The translations under genes and the position numbers were made by a program. This document shows positions 43,586 through 50,474 of a stretch of 50,474 nt of DNA, piece by piece. A model generated the notes under the pieces. That model was given only the letters and a program-made list of their open reading frames with translations, was not told where the DNA came from and did not search any database. Origin of the DNA: Allosphingosinicella sp. (GTDB lineage Bacteria; Pseudomonadota; Alphaproteobacteria; Sphingomonadales; Sphingomonadaceae). The stretch lies in contig DASWLY010000008.1 of the NCBI GenBank assembly GCA_036400035.1, forward strand, positions 1 to 50,474, in the 5' to 3' direction. The stretch's first letter is position 1. Each line of letters opens with the position of its first letter.

Positions 43586-44227
43586 TTAGCGAGTCGCGTT
43601 GTAGGCCAGTTGATCCTGGGTGAGCTGGAAGCCGACCAGCACCTCGAAGCTGGCGCGCCGGACCGCCTCGCGGACCGCCGGATCGGCCATGGGGTCGATC
43701 GCCGCCGACGGATCCCCGGGCTTGCGCCGGCGGGTGATCTGCTGGCGCACGTCCTCCGGCAGGGTCACCGCCGCCCGGGTGACCTGGCCCGTCGCCGAGC
43801 CCGACGTGGCGGCGCGAAGCTGGCCGTCGGCGAAGCTCAGCGCGACCCGGCCCACGCTCTTCGACTGGACCTGGTTGCCGCCCTGCACCGCGACCACGAA
43901 ATAGGGGACCACCACCTGGCGGGCGCCGCGTCCGTCGCGGCGCTGGGCCTGGACGTCGAACGTCACCCGGGTGACGATGTTGGCGCCGCTCTCGTCGCAG
44001 GTCGAGCGCAGGTTGGTGATGTTGGCGACGACGTCGATCGCGCTGGAATCGCGGCTCCCCTCCGGGTTGAACAAGGTGATGTCGCCGGTCGCCGCCGGGA
44101 TGGCCACCGCCGGGCAGGCGGAGCGGGTGGCGGTGATGCCGGTGTCGGTGATCTGGCCGTTCGGCGTGGAGCAGGCGACGAGGCCTAGGGGAATCAGCGC
44201 GGCGAGGGCCGCCTTGGACTTGAACAC
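43586..44227 (-). CDS. Conserved alphaproteobacterial lipoprotein, divergent from ispH
   Basis: GTG start after GAGG. Signal peptide with lipobox LVAC. CPxV...C...PYFV...FEVLVGFQLT..QLAYN. Confidence 0.75.
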   Translation of the reverse strand: MFKSKAALAALIPLGLVACSTPNGQITDTGITATRSACPAVAIPAATGDITLFNPEGSRDSSAIDVVANITNLRSTCDESGANIVTRVTFDVQAQRRDGRGARQVVVPYFVVAVQGGNQVQSKSVGRVALSFADGQLRAATSGSATGQVTRAAVTLPEDVRQQITRRRKPGDPSAAIDPMADPAVREAVRRASFEVLVGFQLTQDQLAYNATR

Positions 44228-44356
44228 AGGGTGGAAATCCTCACCTTTTGTCGGGACGGCGCGGATCATAGGAACCGGGCTTAGCCGAAGCAAGCCGTGA
44301 ACGGGCCTCGCCCCCGGTGGACGGAGCGGCCCGGTTCGTCGTAGGAGCCCTTGATC

Positions 44357-45304
44357 ATGGCCGCCAAGCCCCCCCTCACCCTTCTGATCGCCGCTCCGCG
44401 CGGCTTTTGCGCCGGAGTCGACCGGGCGATCCGGATCGTCGAGCTGGCGCTCGAACGCTACGGAGCGCCGGTCTACGTCCGGCACGAGATCGTCCACAAC
44501 AAATATGTCGTCGACAGCCTGAAGGCCAAGGGCGCGATCTTCGTTCCCGAGCTGGACGAGGTTCCCGACGGGGTGCCGGTGGTCTTTTCCGCCCACGGCG
44601 TGCCGAAGGCGGTGCCCGCCAAGGCGGCGGAGCGCGGGCTCGACTTCCTCGACGCCACCTGTCCCCTGGTTTCCAAGGTACACCGCCAGGCCGAGCGACT
44701 GGTCGAGAACGGCCGCCATATCCTCTTCATCGGCCATTCCGGCCATCCCGAGGTGATCGGCACGTTCGGCCAGGTGCCCGAAGGCCGGATGACCCTGATC
44801 GAGAGCGCCGCGGACGCCGAACGGATCGAGCCGGCGGAGCCCGACAGCCTCGCCTTTCTCACCCAGACCACCCTCTCCGTCGACGACACCGCCGAGATCG
44901 TCGCCGTTCTGGAGCGCCGCTTCCCCGGCATTCGCGGGCCCAAGGGCGAGGACATCTGCTACGCCACGTCGAACCGCCAGGCGGCGGTCAAGGACATCGC
45001 CCGGGCCTGCCAGGCGATGCTCGTGATCGGATCGCCCAAAAGCTCCAACTCGGTGCGCCTGGTCGAGGTCGCCGAGCGCGAGGGCACGCGCGCGCGGCTG
45101 ATCGGCCGGGCCGACGAGATCGAGCTCGACTGGCTGGCCGGGGTTTCGACCCTGGGGATCACCGCCGGCGCCTCGGCCCCCGAGACCCTGGTGCGCGAAG
45201 TGGTCGATTTCCTCGGCCGCCATTACGACGTGACCGAAGTCGAGGGCGAAGGCGTGGTGGAGCGCATGGTGTTCAAGCTGCCCCGCGGGCTCGAAGCCGC
45301 TTGA
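44357..45304 (+). CDS. ispH: 4-hydroxy-3-methylbut-2-enyl diphosphate reductase
   Basis: [47 protein letters not shown]. Confidence 0.97.
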   Translation: MAAKPPLTLLIAAPRGFCAGVDRAIRIVELALERYGAPVYVRHEIVHNKYVVDSLKAKGAIFVPELDEVPDGVPVVFSAHGVPKAVPAKAAERGLDFLDATCPLVSKVHRQAERLVENGRHILFIGHSGHPEVIGTFGQVPEGRMTLIESAADAERIEPAEPDSLAFLTQTTLSVDDTAEIVAVLERRFPGIRGPKGEDICYATSNRQAAVKDIARACQAMLVIGSPKSSNSVRLVEVAEREGTRARLIGRADEIELDWLAGVSTLGITAGASAPETLVREVVDFLGRHYDVTEVEGEGVVERMVFKLPRGLEAA

Positions 45305-45753
45305 CCCTGGTTCCGGTCGAGATCTTCACGGACGGCGCCTGCAAGGGCAATCCCGGCCCCGGCGGCTGGGGCGCCGTCATCCGTTCCGGCGCCCATGAGA
45401 AGGAGATTAGCGGCGGCGAGCCGCTGACCACCAACAACCGGATGGAGCTCCTCGCCGCGATCCGGGCTTTCGAGGCCCTGAAGCGCCCCTGCGAGGTAAC
45501 GCTCTGGACCGACAGCGTCTACGTCCGCGACGGCATCACCAAATGGATCCACGGCTGGCGCCGCAACGGCTGGAAGACGGCCGACCGCAAGCCGGTGAAG
45601 AACGCCGAGCTCTGGCAGGCGCTGCTCGACGCCGCGGCCCCGCACAAGGTCGACTGGCGCTGGGTGAAGGGCCATGCCGGTCACCCGGAGAACGAGCGGG
45701 CCGACAAGCTGGCCTGCGACGCGGCGATGCAGTTCGCGAAGCGGCGAGCGTGA
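45301..45753 (+). CDS. rnhA: Ribonuclease HI
   Basis: [45 protein letters not shown] start overlaps the ispH stop. Confidence 0.96.
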   Translation: MTLVPVEIFTDGACKGNPGPGGWGAVIRSGAHEKEISGGEPLTTNNRMELLAAIRAFEALKRPCEVTLWTDSVYVRDGITKWIHGWRRNGWKTADRKPVKNAELWQALLDAAAPHKVDWRWVKGHAGHPENERADKLACDAAMQFAKRRA

Positions 45754-45846
45754 GCCCGCCGGTGGGTTGAGTGCCTCCGGCATTCGGTTTTCGGTTTTCG
45801 GTAAGACCGAACGCGGAACTTGAGCTGAGCACGATCGAATTTCTCG

Positions 45847-45937
45847 ATCCGTCATTGCGAGGAGCGAAGCGACGAAGCTATCCAGCGAGACCTCCGAGGC
45901 CACACTGGATTGCTTCGCTGCGCTCGCAATGACGGAT
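45847..45937. repeat. REP-like palindrome, family 1, copy 2
   Basis: ATCCGTCATTGCGAGGAGCGAAGCGACGAAGC...CTGGATTGCTTCGCTGCGCTCGCAATGACGGAT. Confidence 0.85.
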
Positions 45938-45998
45938 GAGCAATAACAAGCGATCATGGTCTAAAGGCACCAGGGCAGGCGGGTGCAGCCGCTTGAAA

Positions 45999-46135
45999 CC
46001 CTCTCCCGTTGTTACGGGAGAGGAGGGGCCCAAGCGAAGCTTGGGAGGTGAGGGTCTGTAGCACTGAGTCAGCTAGACCCTCACCTCCCACCGCTATGCG
46101 GTGGGCCCCTCCTCTCCCGCGGAAAGCGGGAGAGG
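45999..46135. repeat. REP-like palindrome, family 3 (CCCTCTCCC...GGGAGAGG)
   Basis: CCTCTCCCG-x-CGGGAGAGG hairpins at both ends and an internal TGGGAGGTGAGGGT/ACCCTCACCTCCCA inverted repeat. Confidence 0.75.
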
Positions 46136-46155
46136 AAAAGAGGCGCCCGCCTGAA

Positions 46156-46238
46156 TGTCATGCCGGGCTTGACCCGGCGTCCCGCTTCCTTCCGTAAAGC
46201 CGGGGAAGAAGATGCACCCCGGGTCAACCCCGGGGTGA
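46156..46238. repeat. REP-like palindrome, family 4 (GTCATGCCGGGCTTGACCCGGC...)
   Basis: TGTCATGCCGGGCTTGACCCGGC ... CCCCGGGTCAACCCCGGGGTGA nested hairpins. Confidence 0.7.
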
Positions 46239-46323
46239 GGTTGGCGCATGATGCTCCAGTCAGCTTCGCGCCCGCCGTGGATGGGCGGACCGAGGACTCC
46301 AGCCCCCCTTCGTCAGGAGGCGC

Positions 46324-46821
46324 TCACGAGGCCGCCGGGCAGCCCGGCTCGCGCTTGTTGCCCGCCGGTAGCACCCTGAGCCGGCGCTTGGCCCAGTAGC
46401 TGATATCCATCGAGATCCTCACGGGCGCGCCCTCGAGCACGTAGATCGCCTGATCGCCCTTGTCGCCCTCCCCGGTAAGGCAGGATCGCCAGCCCTGCCG
46501 TTCGAGGGCGGCGGTGACGGCGATCACGGCGCCCTGGTCCTTGTCGTGCCACAAGGTCAGCTGATCGAAGCCCCCGCCTCCGCCGCTTCCCACCAGATCG
46601 AGCGCGGCGTCATAGGGGCCCTGGCCCAGGAGCATCACGCCCCCTCGCCGGCAACGCATCTTGGCCCGGTCCTCGACGCATCCGCCGAACCCCGCCTTCC
46701 GCGCATCCGCCAGGCTGCCGCTTACCGGCAGGCCCTCGAACCACAGCGGCGGCGGCGGCGGACGAACGGGGCCGCCGCAGCCGGCAAGCAGGGCCAGGGC
46801 GAAGGCGAGCGCCATGCACAT
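46324..46821 (-). CDS. Hypothetical lipoprotein
   Basis: MCMALAFALALLAGC lipobox; C-terminal part of track ORF 46324..47733. Start uncertain. Confidence 0.6.
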   Translation of the reverse strand: MCMALAFALALLAGCGGPVRPPPPPLWFEGLPVSGSLADARKAGFGGCVEDRAKMRCRRGGVMLLGQGPYDAALDLVGSGGGGGFDQLTLWHDKDQGAVIAVTAALERQGWRSCLTGEGDKGDQAIYVLEGAPVRISMDISYWAKRRLRVLPAGNKREPGCPAAS

Positions 46822-46844
46822 GCCGCTCGCAGGGCGGGGCCTGC

Positions 46845-47720
46845 TCAACGGGTGGCGGTTCGAGCCCCGGCCGATGTGCTCACGGGCGTGGGAGGGCTGT
46901 AGGCCTTGGCCGCGGGCTCCGCCCCCAGCGCATCGTAGATCGCCCGGGCGGCGGTCGCGATGACGGCGGGCCGGTTCGAGCCGCCGCGTGCGAAGAAGGC
47001 GACCGCGATCCGGCGGCCGCCGGGCGTCGTCAGAAAGCCGACGTCGCCGGTATAGCCCGAAAGCGTGCCCGTCTTGTGCTCCACGGTCGCGCCGGGGGGA
47101 AGGATGCCGCGGATTCGGTTGGAGCCGGTCGCGCAACGCCGCATCATATCCCGAAGGAGGTAGCGGCTCTGGGATGTCAGCGCTCCCTCGGAGTCGATCA
47201 GCCGAAGCAGGCCGAGCATCGCGATCGGCGTGCTCGAATCGCGAATGTCGCGCAGATCCCTGCGGTCGCTGAGCAGCTGCGCGATCGTCCGGTCCACGCG
47301 GATGCCCTCGAGCCCGTGGCCGCGCAACCAGCCGTCGATCGCCCTTGGCCCTCCGAGCGTTCCCATCAGCAGATCGGTGGCGCGATTGTCGCTGCGCGTG
47401 ATCATCGCATCCATCAGCTTCAACGCGGATATGCCCGCGACGGGATCGTCGAGAGTCCGGCGGCCGGCGTCCACTTCCGCGAGATAGGCCGCCGCGACCG
47501 CGATCTTCATCGTGCTCGCCATGGGGAAGGCCTGCCGGCCGTTGAAGCTGATCGTCTCCCCGCTGGCGAGGTCGAGGGCGGCGATGCCGTACTCGCCGGG
47601 ATTCTCCGCCGCCATGGCCGCCAGCCGCTGCTCGAGCGAACGCAGGCGCGGACTGTCGTCCGCCCAGGCAGGCTGCGCAACGAAGACCAGCAGGGTCGCC
47701 AGCAAGCCAGTAAATCTCAT
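46845..47720 (-). CDS. Class A beta-lactamase-like serine hydrolase (no Glu166)
   Basis: Signal peptide, FPMASTMK (SxxK), SDN and HKTG present. Omega loop reads RVDRTIAQLL instead of RLDRxExxLN. Confidence 0.85.
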   Translation of the reverse strand: MRFTGLLATLLVFVAQPAWADDSPRLRSLEQRLAAMAAENPGEYGIAALDLASGETISFNGRQAFPMASTMKIAVAAAYLAEVDAGRRTLDDPVAGISALKLMDAMITRSDNRATDLLMGTLGGPRAIDGWLRGHGLEGIRVDRTIAQLLSDRRDLRDIRDSSTPIAMLGLLRLIDSEGALTSQSRYLLRDMMRRCATGSNRIRGILPPGATVEHKTGTLSGYTGDVGFLTTPGGRRIAVAFFARGGSNRPAVIATAARAIYDALGAEPAAKAYSPPTPVSTSAGARTATR

Positions 47721-47892
47721 CGGAGCTCCTCAACAGCCGCTGTCGTTCGCCCCGCCGGCCGGGGGTCCGGACGGTGCCGTAATCGGGGTGAGCATAACGT
47801 GGCCTGAATTGAAAACTATGGACCCACTTTGGTAAACGGGCGCGTTCGTCGCAGGTTTGGCTCCATACGGCGCTGCCCGGGAGCGAGAACGC

Positions 47893-49296
47893 TCACGCCG
47901 CCTTTGGATCCGGGCCGGAACCGGCTTTCCCAAAGGCCCCGATTTCATCGTGCGGGGGCGCGAAGCTCAGCCTGAACGCCGCTCCCCCTCGACCGGGCAC
48001 CAGCGCAACCTCGCCGCCATGCGCCCGCATTATCTCGCGCGTCAGGTGGAGCCCCAGGCCGCAGCCCTCGGCGCTCGAGCTGCCGCGCGAGAAGGGCTCG
48101 AACAGTCGGGGCTGCAAAGCCGCGGGCACGCCCGGCCCCTCGTCCGTCACCTCGATCGTCCGGTCCGCGCCGACCGCGACCCGTATCTGCCCGGCACCGC
48201 CGCCATGGGCGACCGAATTGCCGATCAGGTTGGTGACGGCGCGCGAGATCGCATGGGCATCGCCGGTCACCATCACCGGTTCATCCGGCGCCTCCAGCGA
48301 CAGGTCGTAGCCCGACTTGATCGCCGTCGGCGCGAGGTCGGCGACGACATCGCGGGCGATCGCCGCAAGGTCGGCGGGCGAGCGCTCCCGGCCGGACAAG
48401 GAGAGCCGCTCGATGTCCAGCATCTGAGAGACGAGGTGGACCAGGCGCCCGAGCCCCCGCCGAAGCTCCTGCCTGTCGGTTTCGTCCGCGAGCGCTTCCA
48501 CCCGCAGCGAGACCACCGCCAGCGGAGTGCGAAGCTCGTGCGCGGCGTCGGCGATGAAGCGCCTCTGCCGTCCAAGCTCGGAGGCGAGCCTGTCGAGCGC
48601 GGCATTGAACCCGCGCACGAGGGGCAGCAGCTCCCGAGGCGCCTTTTCCTCGTCGAGCCGCCGGGCCGGCTCCCGCGGAAGGATGGAGGCCGCTTCGGCG
48701 GCAAGCGGTCGCAAGGCGCGCGAGAGTATGGGCAGCGCGATCAGCATGGCCGCGAAGCCCACGACGGCGATCCAGAACAGGATCACCAGGACTCCTTCGC
48801 CCCAGGAGGCGCCCAGGGAGTCGCCGGATCCGAGCGTCTTCGGATCCACCCCGCCGACGGCGAGGAGGACGATGCCGGAGCCGACCCGGCGCCGCTCGAC
48901 GACGGCGTTGGCCAGCGGCCGCTCGACCCCCGGCACGTAGAAGCGGCCGGACTCCATGAAGAGCCCGTGCTGATCGAGGGCCCGGGCGACGGGCTGCGGC
49001 ACCGGGCCGAAGGAGAAACTTGAGTCGCCGCTCCGGCCGATGAGCCAGATCGCCGGGTTCCGCGAGGCCATGTCGGCGAAACCGCCGTCCCGCGCCAGGC
49101 GGAAGCCCGTTTCCGTCGGCACCAGATCTTCCGCGGCCCGCGAGAGAGCGATCTTAGGGCCTGTGTGGCTGTTGCGGTCGCGATCCGGATCGTCGGTGAC
49201 GACGATGATCGTCAGGAAGACCGCGATGGCCGCGATATAGACGGCCGTGAACGTCAGCACCGCGCGCAGCGCCAGCGAGGGAGTCCGCCTCAGCAT
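47893..49296 (-). CDS. Sensor histidine kinase (QseC-like)
   Basis: Two TM segments, FIADAAHELRTPL (H-box), NLIGNS, DEGPGV, FEPF, GLGLHL. Start re-called at ATG 49296, overlapping the regulator. Confidence 0.92.
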   Translation of the reverse strand: MLRRTPSLALRAVLTFTAVYIAAIAVFLTIIVVTDDPDRDRNSHTGPKIALSRAAEDLVPTETGFRLARDGGFADMASRNPAIWLIGRSGDSSFSFGPVPQPVARALDQHGLFMESGRFYVPGVERPLANAVVERRRVGSGIVLLAVGGVDPKTLGSGDSLGASWGEGVLVILFWIAVVGFAAMLIALPILSRALRPLAAEAASILPREPARRLDEEKAPRELLPLVRGFNAALDRLASELGRQRRFIADAAHELRTPLAVVSLRVEALADETDRQELRRGLGRLVHLVSQMLDIERLSLSGRERSPADLAAIARDVVADLAPTAIKSGYDLSLEAPDEPVMVTGDAHAISRAVTNLIGNSVAHGGGAGQIRVAVGADRTIEVTDEGPGVPAALQPRLFEPFSRGSSSAEGCGLGLHLTREIMRAHGGEVALVPGRGGAAFRLSFAPPHDEIGAFGKAGSGPDPKAA

Positions 49297-49976
49297 GGCT
49301 GAAGCATGTAGCCGACTCCGCGCACGGTCCTGAGCTCCACTCCGGAATCTTCCTCTTCGAGGCGGCGGCGAAGGCGCGAGACCAACGCTTCCAGCGCATT
49401 GGCCGACACCTCGACGTCGAGCCCGTAGAGCTCGGCTTCGAGATGCCCCCTCTGGACCACTCGGCCGGCGCGGCGGACGAGCAGCTCGAGCAGGGCGAGC
49501 TCCCGGCGCGGCATCGCGATCGCCCGCCCTGCCGATCGGACTTCGCGAGTGCCCGGATCCCAGGAGAGCCGGGCGACTTCGATCGGCGCCGGCCTGCTCC
49601 CCTGCCCCGGGCGCCGGCAGGCCGCCCGAAGCCGCGCGAGCAGCTCTTCCAGAGCGAAAGGCTTCACCAGATAATCGTCCGCTCCGGCGTCCAGCCCCTC
49701 CACCCGGTCGGCGAGATCGTCGCGGGCGGTGAGGAAAATGACCGAAGGCGGGGAAGCTCTCGACTTCGCCGCCGGGATGAGACCGATCCCGTCCCCGTCC
49801 GGAAGCCTCCGGTCGAGCAGGATCGCCCGGTAGGGGAACAGGATGACGGCCTCGAAGGCCTCGCCGAGCGAAGCGACGTGGTCGACCGGCCAATGGTCGC
49901 GCGCGAGGGCGCGGACGATCTCGCGCGCAAGGGCGGGATCGTCTTCGACGAGCAGGATTCGCGATCCGTCGGCCAT
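49290..49976 (-). CDS. OmpR-family response regulator
   Basis: ILLVEDD, LLDRRLPDGDG, GADDYLVKPF, winged helix ending TVRGVGY. Confidence 0.94.
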   Translation of the reverse strand: MADGSRILLVEDDPALAREIVRALARDHWPVDHVASLGEAFEAVILFPYRAILLDRRLPDGDGIGLIPAAKSRASPPSVIFLTARDDLADRVEGLDAGADDYLVKPFALEELLARLRAACRRPGQGSRPAPIEVARLSWDPGTREVRSAGRAIAMPRRELALLELLVRRAGRVVQRGHLEAELYGLDVEVSANALEALVSRLRRRLEEEDSGVELRTVRGVGYMLQPC

Positions 49977-50011
49977 TCGGGCTTCCTAGGGCATTATCGT
50001 CTTCGACCGAT

Positions 50012-50097
50012 CCGTCATTGCGAGGAGCGAAGCGACGAAGCAATCCAGTGGGCATCGGAGGCAGGTTTGGATTGCTTCGCTACGCTCGCAATGACGG
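50012..50097. repeat. REP-like palindrome, family 1, copy 3
   Basis: CCGTCATTGCGAGGAGCGAAGCGACGAAGCAATCC...GGATTGCTTCGCTACGCTCGCAATGACGG. Confidence 0.85.
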
Positions 50098-50208
50098 GGT
50101 GAATCGACCTGAGGCGCCATGGTCTAGGTCAGTGCGCTGACGCCAAGCTGACACGAAATCCCCGGGGAGGGCAGATTGTCGTCAGCCCCGAGCGATAGGC
50201 ATGTCGGC

Positions 50209-50474
50209 ATGATTCGCTTTCTCCTTTGGCTCGTGGCGGTCCTGGCCGTGCTTTTGCCGGCGCCGGCCGCTTTGGCCCAGGCGCCTCGGCAGAGACATGT
50301 CGCGACGCATTTCCTGGCCGAGACGGACCGGCCGGCGGCGGGGAGCATCGTCAGCCTTGCCATCCGGATGCGGCCGGAGCCCGGATGGCACGGCTATTGG
50401 AAAAATCCCGGCGACAGCGGCACCGAGCCCGGCGTCAAATGGACTCTGCCGGCCGGCGCGGTCGCGGGGCCCCT
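50209..50474 (+). CDS. DsbD-family thiol:disulfide interchange protein, 5' part (runs off the window)
   Basis: Hand translation MIRFLLWLVAVLAVLLPAPAALAQ...RPEPGWHGYWKNPGDSG: signal peptide plus the WHxYWxNPGDSG motif. Confidence 0.8.
   Translation, partial: MIRFLLWLVAVLAVLLPAPAALAQAPRQRHVATHFLAETDRPAAGSIVSLAIRMRPEPGWHGYWKNPGDSGTEPGVKWTLPAGAVAGP

Noticed and set aside
684-50102. Many long Arg/Gly/Pro-rich alternative-frame and antisense ORFs (e.g. 15805..18624-, 20235..22859-, 32219..35137-, 5860..6630+)
   Set aside because: Shadow ORFs typical of high-GC DNA; they overlap well-supported genes and have no family motifs.

Overview
High-GC alphaproteobacterial DNA. Gene content and the REP families point to Sphingomonadaceae, but that is an inference. 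The window has two halves. (1) About 1-35.2 kb is accessory. It opens with two tandem paralogous 54-aa Cys-bounded peptide genes (one absent from the ORF track), an Atm1-type ABC exporter and a LuxR-family regulator. These are followed by a tightly coupled + strand operon of about 31 kb encoding an extracellular contractile injection system (eCIS, Afp/PVC-like): DUF4255/Pvc16, two sheaths, two tubes, tube-LysM, split hub and spike, gp25, baseplate J, tail-I-like wedge, fibre-like proteins (one collagenous), a putative tape measure and an AAA+ ATPase. The operon ends in a DUF4157 protein with an Ntox15 (Tde1-like DNase) tip, a GAD-like/DUF1851 (Tdi1-like) immunity gene and a triple-GT2 glycosyltransferase. 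Unusual points are: no recognisable PAAR or lysis genes, a C-terminally membrane-anchored 698-aa protein where PAAR usually sits, and a recurrent Ser-Pro-Pro motif in several particle proteins. (2) About 35.3-50.5 kb is ordinary chromosome: PAP2, a glycine-riboswitch-led gcvT-gcvH-MTase-gcvPA-gcvPB cluster, ispH-rnhA, a class A beta-lactamase-like protein lacking Glu166, an OmpR/sensor kinase pair, the start of a DsbD-family gene and four families of REP-like palindromes. All family calls come from motif recognition by eye; no database searches were run.
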